Numbered from the stretch's first letter, positions 18,177-28,476 are shown. The stretch is DNA of 32,000 bases from Pseudodesulfovibrio piezophilus C1TLV30 (GCF_000341895.1 NC_020409.1:3512411-3544410), one strand, 5' to 3'. A program made the numbers and translations. The notes: generated from the sequence alone by a model not told the origin.

Positions 18177-18428
18177 GAAAACATACATTCCTCTTGATAT
18201 CGGTCTCTATGGTTGAAGGGGCGAACCTCGTTGGAAATACATTCAAGAGAGTGACTATTATTATCATGTATCTCAAATGTGAATATGGTATTGGCGCAGG
18301 GCAACCGATTTATGGCTGCATGTCGTCTCTGGTAGACTGCTTGCCTTCAAAGCGTAAGCGAAGTATAGGATTAGCCGTCTTGCCTACGTTGATACGACTT
18401 ATTTGCCTGGCCGCTTAATCCTGCATAT

Positions 18429-20468
18429 ATGGAACACACAATGCGCCGAATTCAATATTCCAATATTCTGAGAGTTTTGACCTCACTTGTCATGGTTTCC
18501 CTGTTTGTCTGGGGGTGTGCTCCGAAACGGCTTCCCTTGAGCACGGACATGCTTTCCACCCCCAATCTTCTGATTGAAGCCGATTCCGCCTGGAATGAAA
18601 AACAGTTTGAAGCTGCGGAGTTATATTATTCAAAGGCGTTGGAACGGGCTGACCTCGACCAGGGCGAACTGCCGATTATCTACAACCGCCTTGCTCAGTC
18701 AGCCTATGCTGACGAGCATTATCATCAGGCTCGTATCGCTCTTGAAAATTGGGCAAATCTTGACACGGATGTTCTTTACGATATCGCCTGGGAGCGGACG
18801 TATCTGAATACTATGAATGCACTGGGGAAGACGGAACGGTTGAAGAACCACCTCAAATGGGTCTTGCAGAATGGGACTGTTCCCTGGGCCACTCGGGCTG
18901 CGGTAGCTCAATGGTATAGTGATTATTTTTATGCACGTGATGACATCCCCCGGTCACTTGATGTCCTTGACGGGTTTTACAAATTGGCCCCGGATACTGC
19001 GACCAGAAGGGTGTTTGAAAATTCGTATCTGACTCAACTGCAGTCCCTTGATGACTCTGATGTCGCTCTTCTGGCACACGAAGTCAGTTCCAGCAATTTA
19101 TGGCGTTTTCCCTATGCGTTGGTGGGGTTTGAACATGAGGTACGCAAGGCTTCCGATAAAGATGCCTGGTCAGCGGCATGGCGCAATCTGCGTAATCTGA
19201 CAGCAAACGCTGATCTTGCCAATCTTGTGCCGCTTGAAGAAAAACTGGCGGAATTGGAGGAAGATTATGGAATTCCTCGGATAGGCTTGGCATTGGCACT
19301 CCCCTTGACCGGGCCGTATGGGAAGGTCGGGGTCAAAGTCTTGCGTGGTGCCGGGCTTGCCCAGTGGCGGCTGGCACAGCAGGGTGTTGATATTGATCTG
19401 CGTGTTATCAACACTGAAGCTCCTGATTGGGAAAAACGGCTTGCCGCCCTTCCTGCACACTACTCTGTGGTTGGTGGCCCCTTGCGCGTTAAGGCCTTCA
19501 AGCAACTCTATGAGGGGATGGACGAAGGAAAGCGTCAGCTTGATAAACGGGCATATTTTACTTTTCTAGCCACCCTTGGTGATCTTGAAGAGGGTAAGGA
19601 TGCATGGCGGTTTTTTACGAGTCGTAATGATGAAGTACGCAGCTTGGTCAAGATGACTGTCGATAAACTCGGTATCAAGGACCTCGCTGTTTTTTATCCC
19701 GAGGAAAAATTCGGCAGGACCATGGCTGAAACTTTCTACCGGGAAGCGTACCCTCTTGGCGGACGGATTAAAGGAATGCAATCCTATCCATCGCATGAGT
19801 TGAAACAGTGGGGAAAGCGAGTTGGAAAACTGTTGAAAGTTCCTGCTGATTTTAGTGACAACAAGGATGCACCTTTGGAAATGCCTGATTTTGGAGCGGT
19901 TTTTGTCCCGGATGGATGGGGACAGGCCCAGACCTTGCTTCCGAATTTCTTTTTTTATGAAGGCGATCAACTCGTCTTCCTGGGACCAGGTCTCTGGAGT
20001 CGAGCCTTGGATGGTGTCAGGGATATTGATGAACATTACTATCGCTTGGCTGTGTGCCCCGGAGCTTGGTGGGAGCAAAGCGACGGTGGACGTACCCTGC
20101 AAACCATTCTGACAGAGGAGGGGCTTGGTCGTGCGGACTTCTGGGTTGCCCTCGGGTATGATTTTCTGCGTTTTGCAGGCAAGCTCGGTTCTCTGCCTTC
20201 CAATTGGGAGGCGAAGGATGTGAATAGGCGTATCGCCGCAGCCCAGGACATGGATTTCAGTATGGCTCGGATGAACTGGACCGATGAGGGGGTTGCCAGT
20301 CAGGACCTTTATTTGTTCAGTCCGGTTCATAATGGCAAGCAACTGGTGGATGAGGGTAAATTGGCTGCGCGCATAGCGCGGGCCAGGGCGCGTCGTGAGA
20401 AGCGTATGGAAGCGTATGAACAGCGCATTGAAGAAGAAAAGAAGAAACAGGAACAGACTATATTTTAG
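18429..20468 (+). CDS. LpoA-like lipoprotein: N-terminal TPR-like region plus a type-1 periplasmic-binding-fold domain
   Basis: Signal peptide with lipobox-like LFVWG-C. The N-terminal helical repeats look TPR-like (AELYYSKALERA..., YHQARIALENWA). The central IGLALALPLTGPYGKVGVKVLRGAGLAQ is typical of LivK/LpoA-type binding folds. The C-terminal tail is highly charged (RARARREKRMEAYEQRIEEEKKKQEQ). Confidence 0.6.
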   Translation: MEHTMRRIQYSNILRVLTSLVMVSLFVWGCAPKRLPLSTDMLSTPNLLIEADSAWNEKQFEAAELYYSKALERADLDQGELPIIYNRLAQSAYADEHYHQARIALENWANLDTDVLYDIAWERTYLNTMNALGKTERLKNHLKWVLQNGTVPWATRAAVAQWYSDYFYARDDIPRSLDVLDGFYKLAPDTATRRVFENSYLTQLQSLDDSDVALLAHEVSSSNLWRFPYALVGFEHEVRKASDKDAWSAAWRNLRNLTANADLANLVPLEEKLAELEEDYGIPRIGLALALPLTGPYGKVGVKVLRGAGLAQWRLAQQGVDIDLRVINTEAPDWEKRLAALPAHYSVVGGPLRVKAFKQLYEGMDEGKRQLDKRAYFTFLATLGDLEEGKDAWRFFTSRNDEVRSLVKMTVDKLGIKDLAVFYPEEKFGRTMAETFYREAYPLGGRIKGMQSYPSHELKQWGKRVGKLLKVPADFSDNKDAPLEMPDFGAVFVPDGWGQAQTLLPNFFFYEGDQLVFLGPGLWSRALDGVRDIDEHYYRLAVCPGAWWEQSDGGRTLQTILTEEGLGRADFWVALGYDFLRFAGKLGSLPSNWEAKDVNRRIAAAQDMDFSMARMNWTDEGVASQDLYLFSPVHNGKQLVDEGKLAARIARARARREKRMEAYEQRIEEEKKKQEQTIF

Positions 20469-20504
20469 CCGATGGATGGCATCTGCATATCAAGGAGTTA
20501 TACA

Positions 20505-20789
20505 ATGAAAATCAGTCCCGAAGAAGTGGCCAAGGTTGCACGTTTGTCGCGCCTTGATTTGCCGCAGGACAAGCTGGAGTTGTTTGCTGGACAGCTTGGC
20601 GATATTCTCGATTATATGGATAAGCTTGGTGAGTTGAATACGGACGATGTCGAACCCATGTACAGTCCAGTGGCTCATTCCACGGTGCTCCGCAAGGATG
20701 AGGTTCGAAAAGACTACGCCCGCGAAGAGGTGCTTTCCAATGCGCCGAAGCAGGACGGTCAGTTTTTCATTGTTCCCCGTATTGTTTAA
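20505..20789 (+). CDS. gatC: Asp-tRNA(Asn)/Glu-tRNA(Gln) amidotransferase subunit C
   Basis: [19 protein letters not shown]...[22 protein letters not shown] is the canonical GatC pattern. AAGGAG (20492-20497) precedes the ATG at 20505. Confidence 0.9.
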   Translation: MKISPEEVAKVARLSRLDLPQDKLELFAGQLGDILDYMDKLGELNTDDVEPMYSPVAHSTVLRKDEVRKDYAREEVLSNAPKQDGQFFIVPRIV

Positions 20790-20815
20790 CTCGTTTAATA
20801 TATTCAGGATTGATT

Positions 20816-22273
20816 ATGTCTGACATCTGTAAGAAGACGTTGTCTGAAGTCGCTGCCATGCTCCAGACTGGTGAAGTGAAGGCGGTTGATGCCGTCACCG
20901 CGTGTCTGGATCGCATCAAGGCTACCGAGCCGCAGGTTAAAGCATTGATCACAGTGCTCGGTGAGGAGGCTTTGAAGCAGGCTGAAGCTATGGACGAAGC
21001 CGGACCAAGAGCTGATAAGCCGTTATGGGGTGTTCCCCTTGTTCTCAAGGATCTGCTGGCGGCCAAGGGAACCAGAACAACATGTGCTTCCAAGATTCTT
21101 GATGATTTTGTGCCGTTTTACGATGCAACCGCTGTGAGCAAATTGCGTGACGCTGGGGCGATCATCATAGGCAAAGCCAACATGGATGAATTTGCCATGG
21201 GGTCTTCCACTGAAAATTCTGCCTATTTCCAGACCCGTAATCCATGGGATACCGACAGGGTGCCCGGTGGTTCTTCCGGTGGTTCCGCTGCGACCGTGGC
21301 CGCAGGGCAGTGCTTTGCAGCCCTTGGCACTGATACCGGCGGTTCTATTAGGACCCCGGCCTCTTTTTGCGGGATTGTCGGACTCAAACCGACATATGGT
21401 CGTATTTCCCGGTTCGGACTCATAGCGTATGGCTCCTCCCTTGATCAAATCGGACCTATGACTCGGAGTGTGGAGGATGCCGCGCGGGTCTTGCAGGTCA
21501 TGGCTGGACACGACCCCAAAGATTCTACGTCGGTTGAAATTGAGGTCCCGGACTATCTCGCTGCATTGGGACGTGAAAACCTTGAAGGGGTGACTATTGG
21601 TCTGCCTAAAGAGTATTGGGGCGAAGGGCTGGATGAAGAAGTCGAAGTTTCCCTCAAGGCTGCCGTGGCAAAGATGGAAGCTCTGGGGGCAAAAACAGTC
21701 CCTGTTTCACTGGGGCTGACGGATTATGCCATTGCTACTTATTATATTATTGCCATGGCTGAAGCTTCTTCGAACCTGTCCCGCTTTGATGGGGTTCGGT
21801 TTGGCCATCGCAACACCGAGGCAGAAGAACTCATTGATATGTATACCTCTAGTCGGACAGAAGGGTTCGGTGACGAAGTTCAACGTCGCATAATCATGGG
21901 AACGTATGTCCTTTCCTCTGGGTATTATGATGCCTACTACAACAAGGCGGCCAAGGTTCGCCGTCTCCTGCGCGAAGATTTTGAAAAGGCATTTGAACAG
22001 TGTGACCTCATCGCCGGTCCTGTCTTACCAACGACAGCTTTCAAAGTGGGGGACAAGGTGGACCCTCTTCAGATGTATCTCATTGATATCTTCACGATTT
22101 CAGCCAATCTTGCCGGACTCCCGGGCATGAGCCTGCCTGTCGGATTGGGCAAGACCTCTGCCATGCCGGTCGGGCTTCAGCTCATGGGGCCGGCTTTTAG
22201 TGAGGCCGAGATGCTTTCGGTTGCCGAATGCCTGGAGCGGAATATAGAGCCGATGGGCATGCCTGAGTTGTAA
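20816..22273 (+). CDS. gatA: Asp-tRNA(Asn)/Glu-tRNA(Gln) amidotransferase subunit A
   Basis: Amidase signature [14 protein letters not shown] and [16 protein letters not shown]. About 485 aa, directly downstream of gatC. Confidence 0.95.
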   Translation: MSDICKKTLSEVAAMLQTGEVKAVDAVTACLDRIKATEPQVKALITVLGEEALKQAEAMDEAGPRADKPLWGVPLVLKDLLAAKGTRTTCASKILDDFVPFYDATAVSKLRDAGAIIIGKANMDEFAMGSSTENSAYFQTRNPWDTDRVPGGSSGGSAATVAAGQCFAALGTDTGGSIRTPASFCGIVGLKPTYGRISRFGLIAYGSSLDQIGPMTRSVEDAARVLQVMAGHDPKDSTSVEIEVPDYLAALGRENLEGVTIGLPKEYWGEGLDEEVEVSLKAAVAKMEALGAKTVPVSLGLTDYAIATYYIIAMAEASSNLSRFDGVRFGHRNTEAEELIDMYTSSRTEGFGDEVQRRIIMGTYVLSSGYYDAYYNKAAKVRRLLREDFEKAFEQCDLIAGPVLPTTAFKVGDKVDPLQMYLIDIFTISANLAGLPGMSLPVGLGKTSAMPVGLQLMGPAFSEAEMLSVAECLERNIEPMGMPEL

Positions 22274-22296
22274 GGTGATTTTACACGTTTTCTTTT

Positions 22297-22336
22297 CGGC
22301 CGGTTGCAAACAGATGTTTGCAACCGGCCGTTTCTC
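22297..22336 (+). terminator. Strong hairpin / terminator after gatA
   Basis: Perfect 15-bp stem CGGCCGGTTGCAAAC (22297-22311) pairs with GTTTGCAACCGGCCG (22316-22330) across a 4-nt loop, followed by TTTCTC. The T-tract is short. Confidence 0.6.
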
Positions 22337-22389
22337 ATGAGAAAAGTTTCTTTTTTCATATTTTTTCTGCAAGCAAAGGAGTGTCGTCA

Positions 22390-23442
22390 ATGACGGTTGC
22401 AGTCGCTGTAAGTGGGGGGATGGATAGCCTCTTGTCCTTGGTTCTCCTCAAGGAGCAGGGGGAGGATGTTATGGCTGTACATGGACATTTTCTTCCTCCG
22501 AACCCGGATTGGCAACGAGTTGTTGATGGGCTGACCAAGGCATGTGAGACGCTTGGAGTGTCCTTTCATGCCCTTGATCTGCATAGTGAGTTTGACCAGC
22601 GTGTGGTTGCTCCTTTTGTTGCGGCCTACAGAGCTGGATTGACTCCTAACCCCTGCGCCATGTGCAATCCGTGCATGAAATTCGGCACACTTTTCACGGC
22701 TGCTCAAAACATGGGGGCAGATCGCTTTGCTACGGGACACTATGTCAGACTGGAAAAGCGAGCCGGGCTAGGGGTGGTGCTGACGCGAGGAACTGATCTT
22801 TCCAAGGATCAAAGTTACTTCCTGTCGTTGGTTCCTATTGAAAAACTCCGTTTAGCTTATTTCCCTTTGGCAGAGACGTATAAACGAGATGTGCTTGATA
22901 TTCTCGACAGCCACGGGCTGACTCCTCCCATACCGAGTGAAAGCCAGGAAATTTGTTTTGTTCCAGATGATGATTATCAATCATTCTTGTGCCGGAGGGG
23001 GAAGATGCCAGGTGGTGGGCAGGCGCTTCTGAGTGATGGAACTGTGGTCGGGAGTCATAAAGGATTATGGCGTCATACGCAGGGACAACGTCGAGGATTA
23101 GGGATTGCCTGGACAGAGGCTCTCTATGTGCTTGACAAGGATATAGCCACCAATACTCTTATCGTTGGTACGCGTGAGGAGTTGGAAGCACCTGGGTGCA
23201 TCGCCGGTCAGGTCAATATGATGGTGCCTTTTTCTCAGTGGCCGAAAGTTGTTATGGCGCAAACCCGGTATCGTCAAAAAGCCAAACCGAGCCGGGTTGA
23301 TTTGGAGGACGGAAAGCTCATATTCCATTTCATAGAGGCGCATGGCAGGCCGACTCCTGGTCAGGTTGCGGTAGCGTATACTGAAGATGGCGTTGTTCTT
23401 GGCGGAGGTGTTATCGAGGCCTCGACTCGGGGTGAGAGTTAA
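22390..23442 (+). CDS. mnmA: tRNA-specific 2-thiouridylase MnmA
   Basis: PP-loop VAVSGGMDS, NPCAMCN, ATGHY and DQSYFL. AAGGAG (22376-22381) precedes the ATG at 22390; the ORF-track start at 22318 lies inside the terminator hairpin. Confidence 0.9.
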   Translation: MTVAVAVSGGMDSLLSLVLLKEQGEDVMAVHGHFLPPNPDWQRVVDGLTKACETLGVSFHALDLHSEFDQRVVAPFVAAYRAGLTPNPCAMCNPCMKFGTLFTAAQNMGADRFATGHYVRLEKRAGLGVVLTRGTDLSKDQSYFLSLVPIEKLRLAYFPLAETYKRDVLDILDSHGLTPPIPSESQEICFVPDDDYQSFLCRRGKMPGGGQALLSDGTVVGSHKGLWRHTQGQRRGLGIAWTEALYVLDKDIATNTLIVGTREELEAPGCIAGQVNMMVPFSQWPKVVMAQTRYRQKAKPSRVDLEDGKLIFHFIEAHGRPTPGQVAVAYTEDGVVLGGGVIEASTRGES

Positions 23443-24047
23443 TCAAAGAGGGAATTTCGTCGATCCCATTCGTCTTCCCTCTCTCGTTGATATCCTTCAT
23501 ATCGGGCATTGTTCATGACCGTGTGGATTTTTTCAGGTGTGAATGCCGTCTGCTTTCGACAATAGTTTGCCCACCAGCGAACTTCCTGTTGGATTCGTAT
23601 GTTCAATGCGTCTTTGTATTGCATGAGAAGATCAAAGCCAGCGTCTCGTTTGCCTTCATAGATCATGGTGAGACCCAGATAATAGGTGGCATCGGGGTTG
23701 TTCGGATAAAGGTCGAGTGTGGATTGGAAGAATTGATGGGCTGCAAAGTAGTTTTTCTTCAGAAGAGCATCAAGACCTCTTCTGTTATTCGAGTGTGCTT
23801 CGCCGTTACCGGAATAGAGGAAATCCTGGTTGGCACTGATCGAAATTCCATGCCCGGAACCGACGACAGCACCGATGGTTGTCCCAAAAGTCTGACACCC
23901 GCCGCAGATGAACAGCAGAAGGGGAAAGATAACCCAAAAAAGGGGGAAAGATTGACCCGCGACGGCATTTGCATTAGGCCGCTGGTGCAACCTCTTATCG
24001 TCACTTTGTCGAGTAGGTTCCATCAAGCGTGAAGATTTTGTCATCAT
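23439..24047 (-). CDS. Membrane-anchored or lipoprotein TPR-like protein, function unknown
   Basis: One hydrophobic segment FPLFWVIFPLLLFICGGC, then a TPR-like stretch (AAHQFFQSTLDLYPNNPDATYYLGLTMIYEGKRDAG). It has no enzymatic motif I recognise. The 3' end overlaps the mnmA stop by 4 nt (convergent). Confidence 0.5.
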   Translation of the reverse strand: MMTKSSRLMEPTRQSDDKRLHQRPNANAVAGQSFPLFWVIFPLLLFICGGCQTFGTTIGAVVGSGHGISISANQDFLYSGNGEAHSNNRRGLDALLKKNYFAAHQFFQSTLDLYPNNPDATYYLGLTMIYEGKRDAGFDLLMQYKDALNIRIQQEVRWWANYCRKQTAFTPEKIHTVMNNARYEGYQREREDEWDRRNSLFD

Positions 24048-24100
24048 GCCCTTTTTTATTTATACTGTGAGTATTCATCAATCCACCTGACTGACACTAC

Positions 24101-25408
24101 ATGATTACATTTTATACTGCCACCCTCGGTTGTAAGATCAACCAATACGAAACCCGCGCCATAGGCGAAGCCTGGGTCAGGGATTTGTCCGGCGAGCAGG
24201 CTCTCGAGGTTGAATCAGCTGAGAGTGCCAATCTTATATTGGTTAATTCCTGTGCTGTGACAGCAAATGCCGTCGCTGATCTTCGGCAGACGGTTCGTCG
24301 GTTTCACAGGCAAAACCCCGAAGCGGAAATCATTATCACTGGATGTGCAGCACAGGTCATGCCCGAAGAACTTTCCAAGTTGCCTGGTGTTGTGAGTGTT
24401 GTTCCGCAACAGGAGAAGGCCAGACTTCTCGCAGGCCCGAAAAGGGCAGGAGACCATCGAGAGCCAGACTCTCGGTTTGCTCCGTTTTCCATCTCCGGGT
24501 ATGGTCGGGCTCGTGCTGTGGTCAAAGTGCAGGATGGGTGTTCGCATCATTGCACGTATTGCATTGTCCCGCTGGCACGAGGAAAATCGGTGAGCCGTCC
24601 CATCGGTGAGGTCGTGGATGAGGTTGGTCGGTTGCTGGCCGGAGGGTTCCGGGAATTCATTCTGAGTGGCATTAATCTGCGTCATTATGGCAGAGGGCTC
24701 CCGGAAAAAACAGACTTTTGGGATCTTGTCATTCGGCTTGAATCCGAATTCGGACTGGATTGGACCGGGCGTGCGCGTTTTCGTATTTCGTCCGTGGAAC
24801 CTGGGCAACTTGATAATAAAGCCTTTGATGTGCTTTCTCAATCGCGAATGGTTTGTCCGCAACTGCACCTTTCTTTGCAAAGTGGCGACCCTGAAGTCCT
24901 CAAAAGAATGGGGCGGGGGCATTATTCACCGGAAAGTGCCATACGCTTCATGGAACGCCTTAGCACTGCCTGGCCGGAAAGAGGACTGGGAGCGGACCTG
25001 ATAACAGGATTTCCCGGAGAAACGGAAGCTCAGTTTGAAAATACTATGGAATTGTGCCGTCATCTGCCCTTAACCTATGGGCATGTTTTCCCTTACTCTG
25101 AGCGACCAGGAACACGGGCCATCGACCTGGATGGCAGTGTCCCGGTTCCGGTGCGTAAGGAACGGGCAGCCCGGCTCCGGGCGTTGGTCAATGCGAAGAA
25201 AAAAGCATTCCTTTCGCATCTGTTGACCCTCAAACAGCTCAATATCTTGGTGCAGGATGACTCTGGGCGAGGGGTGAGTGAATTTTATACAGCATGTCGT
25301 TTTATGGATATGCCTCAAGGACTCGGCCCGAGAAAGCTTGCCCGTGCCAAACCTCTTTCTCTGGAGAAAGGGGTTCTCGTGGTGCAGGCCATGGAGCGAG
25401 AGTCATGA
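24101..25408 (+). CDS. mtaB: Radical-SAM methylthiotransferase, MtaB/MiaB-like
   Basis: N-terminal UPF0004 domain (TLGCKINQYE), radical-SAM cluster motif CSHHCTYC, and QSGDPEVLKRMGR. There is a C-terminal TRAM-like region. Confidence 0.85.
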   Translation: MITFYTATLGCKINQYETRAIGEAWVRDLSGEQALEVESAESANLILVNSCAVTANAVADLRQTVRRFHRQNPEAEIIITGCAAQVMPEELSKLPGVVSVVPQQEKARLLAGPKRAGDHREPDSRFAPFSISGYGRARAVVKVQDGCSHHCTYCIVPLARGKSVSRPIGEVVDEVGRLLAGGFREFILSGINLRHYGRGLPEKTDFWDLVIRLESEFGLDWTGRARFRISSVEPGQLDNKAFDVLSQSRMVCPQLHLSLQSGDPEVLKRMGRGHYSPESAIRFMERLSTAWPERGLGADLITGFPGETEAQFENTMELCRHLPLTYGHVFPYSERPGTRAIDLDGSVPVPVRKERAARLRALVNAKKKAFLSHLLTLKQLNILVQDDSGRGVSEFYTACRFMDMPQGLGPRKLARAKPLSLEKGVLVVQAMERES

Positions 25409-25950
25409 GTATTCCGGTTATTCCTGATCCGGGATTACTCATTATTTCAATACTGTGTTCGCGGTGGGAGTCCTGTTGGCCTGCATTGCTTAATGATCTT
25501 GAAGACCTCTTTGGTCCGACGGATGAAGTCTGCGATGCGTTTACATTTGATCAGACCGATTATTATGATAAGGAATTGGGCACTCCCATAACACGGCGTT
25601 TGATCAGTTTTGAAGATTTGAAACCTTTGGATGCATTGGCTGATATCAAGATCAGCACCAATAGGCTGGAAGAAATGTACGCTCAGCAGGGGAAGCGGCT
25701 TTTCAATCTGGATCCTGGTTTCATCACCCTGCAAAATCTGGTGCTGGCGACAGGAAAACCCTTTACACATCGTCTTTATTTGAAGGCCGGAATATGGGGT
25801 GACCTTACTTTGGTCTGGCAAAAAAAGCACTGGGTTGATTTTCCCTGGACCTTCCCGGATTACGCCGGTGACGACATGAAATCGCGGCTGACAAAATTGC
25901 GTCGGTCGTATAAAAACAAGCTCAACAATCCGCACACGTCAAATCGTTGA
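25405..25950 (+). CDS. DUF4416-family protein
   Basis: FGPTDEVCDAFTFDQTDYYDKELG...IKISTNRLEE...FNLDPGFITLQNLVLATGKPFTHRLYL...WTFPDYAG matches my memory of the DUF4416 consensus. The ATG at 25405 overlaps the mtaB stop (ATGA). Confidence 0.7.
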   Translation: MSIPVIPDPGLLIISILCSRWESCWPALLNDLEDLFGPTDEVCDAFTFDQTDYYDKELGTPITRRLISFEDLKPLDALADIKISTNRLEEMYAQQGKRLFNLDPGFITLQNLVLATGKPFTHRLYLKAGIWGDLTLVWQKKHWVDFPWTFPDYAGDDMKSRLTKLRRSYKNKLNNPHTSNR

Positions 25951-25981
25951 ACACGATGCGGTTGAAAAAAGGATAGTATTT

Positions 25982-26863
25982 ATGCCTGTAAGCATGACCG
26001 GTTTCGGACGCTGTGAAACAAATGATGACGCTTGGACTCACGTTTGGGAGATCAAGAGTGTCAATGGGCGTTTTCTGGATGTCAAATGGCGCATGCCCAG
26101 CTCTTTGCGGGGCTTGGAAAATGGATGGGAAAAGATCGTTCGAACTTACGCTTCTCGCGGACGGGTGGATATTTCCCTGAACCTTGAAGTTCTGGATGCC
26201 GGTATTCTTGGTGTTTCCTTCAATCAGACGATGGCTCAAGCCATGTTCAAGCAGATGGAGCAATTGGCAGAAAGTCGGGGGGAACTGTTTACACCTGACT
26301 ACAATAAAGTGCTCACCATGGCTTCGCTGTGGAGAGATAACGGCAGTGAGCCTGATCCGGGATTGGCAAAAAGCCTGACAGCCGGTTTGGAAAATGCCCT
26401 GAAAGACTGGGTGGGTGCCCGGACACTGGAAGGGGATGTCATGGTTGCCGATTTGTTGGCCAGACTGGATGTACTTCGTGACACCAGCGCGAAGATCGCT
26501 GAACGCATCCCCAATATTCTGGAAGAGAAAAAAGCCGGTTTGCGCCAACGGATTCTGGATATGCTCGCTTCTGTCGGTGCGGAATATTCAGAAGATCGTA
26601 TGCTTCAGGAAGTTGCCCATCTTACAGATAAATTGGATGTTTCGGAAGAATTAACTCGATTGGCCGCTCACCTTGATCGGTTGCGTGAAGTGCTGACTGC
26701 CAAGGAAGACGCGGGGAAGAAACTCGATTTTCTACTCCAGGAGACTTTTCGCGAGATTAATACGTGCGGTAACAAAGCTCAGGATACAGCTGTCAGTCGG
26801 TTGGTTGTTGATTTCAAGGCCGAGCTTGAACGATGCAGGGAACAGGTTCAGAACATCGAGTAG
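25982..26863 (+). CDS. yicC: YicC/YloC-family stress-induced protein (endoribonuclease family)
   Basis: N-terminal MPVSMTGFGR. C-terminal DVSEELTRLAAHL...GKKLDFLLQETFREINTCGNKAQD...CREQVQNIE is the canonical YicC signature. Confidence 0.85.
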   Translation: MPVSMTGFGRCETNDDAWTHVWEIKSVNGRFLDVKWRMPSSLRGLENGWEKIVRTYASRGRVDISLNLEVLDAGILGVSFNQTMAQAMFKQMEQLAESRGELFTPDYNKVLTMASLWRDNGSEPDPGLAKSLTAGLENALKDWVGARTLEGDVMVADLLARLDVLRDTSAKIAERIPNILEEKKAGLRQRILDMLASVGAEYSEDRMLQEVAHLTDKLDVSEELTRLAAHLDRLREVLTAKEDAGKKLDFLLQETFREINTCGNKAQDTAVSRLVVDFKAELERCREQVQNIE

Positions 26864-26869
26864 GTTGTT

Positions 26870-27124
26870 ATGCAAAAACAGGGATTGCTTAACGTCGGTT
26901 TCGGTAACTTTGTCGTGCTGAGCAGGGTGATTACCATTGCCCTGCCTTCCAGCGCTCCCATGCGTCGTCTCAGGGAGGACGCACGGCAGGAAGGACGCCT
27001 GATCGATGCAACTCAGGGGCGCAAAACCCGCGCCATTATTGTTACCGATTCCAATCACGTTATTTTGTCCGCCATCCAGGCCGAGACCATTGGCCAGAGG
27101 TTTAGTGCGGAGGAGGGAGAGTAA
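26870..27124 (+). CDS. remA: DUF370 / RemA-family protein
   Basis: 84 aa. LNVGFGNFV...SAPMRRL...[33 protein letters not shown] is the RemA/YlzA pattern. Its position between yicC and gmk matches the conserved yloC-ylzA-gmk arrangement. Confidence 0.85.
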   Translation: MQKQGLLNVGFGNFVVLSRVITIALPSSAPMRRLREDARQEGRLIDATQGRKTRAIIVTDSNHVILSAIQAETIGQRFSAEEGE

Positions 27125-27748
27125 TTGTCAGAAGCCTCGACACGCCTGGGGCAGGTCCTTGTGGTCTGCGCGCCCAGCGGCACAGGAAAAAGTACACTGA
27201 TCAATAAGTTGCGCGCCGAGTTTCCGACCTTCGGTTTTTCTGTCTCGTATACCACCCGAGCTCCTCGGGGAAATGAGAAGGATGGGGTCGAGTATCATTT
27301 CATCAGTCGGGAAACCTTTGTCGCCATGCGGAGCAGAGGTGAATTTTGTGAATGGGCTGAAGTGCATGAGAACTTTTATGGCACGGCAACCAAGCCTGTG
27401 ACAAAAATGCTGGATCAGGGCATGGATGTTCTTTTTGATATAGACGTGCAGGGTGCCAAGCAGCTCCGGAAAACCTTTTACAAGGGCACGTTTATTTTTT
27501 TGATGCCTCCGTCTCGAAAAGAATTGATGCAACGGCTGACCGGGCGCGGTACAGATTCAGAAGAGTCCATTGCCAAACGTCTTGCCAATGCGGATGGGGA
27601 AATGGCTCAGGCTGAATTCTTTGACTACTGGATAGTCAATGATGATCTTGACAAGGCTTATGAGGAACTCCGTGCTGTTTATATGGCTGGTCGATGTAAG
27701 CCGGAGCTTCGCACGGACGTTGAAGATATCCTCAAGGAGTGGAATTGA
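27125..27748 (+). CDS. gmk: Guanylate kinase
   Basis: P-loop APSGTGKST, TTRAPRGNEKDGVEYHF, and DIDVQGAKQ. The TTG start immediately follows the remA stop and sits behind the purine-rich GGAGGAGGGAGAG. Confidence 0.9.
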   Translation: MSEASTRLGQVLVVCAPSGTGKSTLINKLRAEFPTFGFSVSYTTRAPRGNEKDGVEYHFISRETFVAMRSRGEFCEWAEVHENFYGTATKPVTKMLDQGMDVLFDIDVQGAKQLRKTFYKGTFIFLMPPSRKELMQRLTGRGTDSEESIAKRLANADGEMAQAEFFDYWIVNDDLDKAYEELRAVYMAGRCKPELRTDVEDILKEWN

Positions 27749-27749
27749 A

Positions 27750-28463
27750 ATGGCTGAACTCGTCGTCGCCCTTGATTTTAAGGATTCTGAAGCCGCACTG
27801 AACATGGCTCGGCAATTGAGGGGAACAGCGAAATGGATGAAAGTCGGGCTAGAGCTGTTCACTGCTGAAGGGCCGTCGGTTGTGCGGGGACTCAAGGGAA
27901 TGGACTTCAAGGTTTTTCTTGATTTGAAATTTTTTGATATCCCCAACACTGTTCGTGGGGCAGTTCGTTCCGCAGCCCGTCTCGGGGTGGATATAGTGAG
28001 TATTCACGCACTTGGGGGTGAACGGATGGCTCAAGCTGCCATGGAGGGAAGTCGAGAAGGAGCTTCTTTGCGGTCAAATGGACCGGGTGATCCTCCTCGT
28101 GTCCTGGCTATCACCATGCTGACCAGCATGGCAGCCGGAGACCTCCCGGTCGACGGTGCGCCGGAGCCGTCGCAGATGGCCCTTGACCTGGCTGTGAAAG
28201 CCGAGCAATATGGCCTAAATGGAGTGGTCTGTTCCGGTCTGGAAGCCGAACGGATCAAGAAAGCCTGTGGGAAGGACTTTCTCTGCCTGACTCCGGGTAT
28301 CCGTCCGTCCGGGAGTTCAAGCGATGACCAGAGAAGGGTTGTCACCCCGGCGCAGGCTGTTTTGAACGGATCGGATTTTCTGGTGATGGGGCGTCCTATC
28401 ACCAATGCGGCATCGCCCAGAGACGTGGCCCAAGCCGTCTGTGAGGAGATGCTGTCACTCTGA
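27750..28463 (+). CDS. pyrF: Orotidine 5'-phosphate decarboxylase
   Basis: VALDF, KVGLELF, DLKFFDIPNTV and VMGRPI motifs. The ATG at 27750 lies 1 nt after the gmk stop, with AAGGAG upstream. Confidence 0.9.
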   Translation: MAELVVALDFKDSEAALNMARQLRGTAKWMKVGLELFTAEGPSVVRGLKGMDFKVFLDLKFFDIPNTVRGAVRSAARLGVDIVSIHALGGERMAQAAMEGSREGASLRSNGPGDPPRVLAITMLTSMAAGDLPVDGAPEPSQMALDLAVKAEQYGLNGVVCSGLEAERIKKACGKDFLCLTPGIRPSGSSSDDQRRVVTPAQAVLNGSDFLVMGRPITNAASPRDVAQAVCEEMLSL

Positions 28464-28476
28464 ATGAGGGGTTCTG

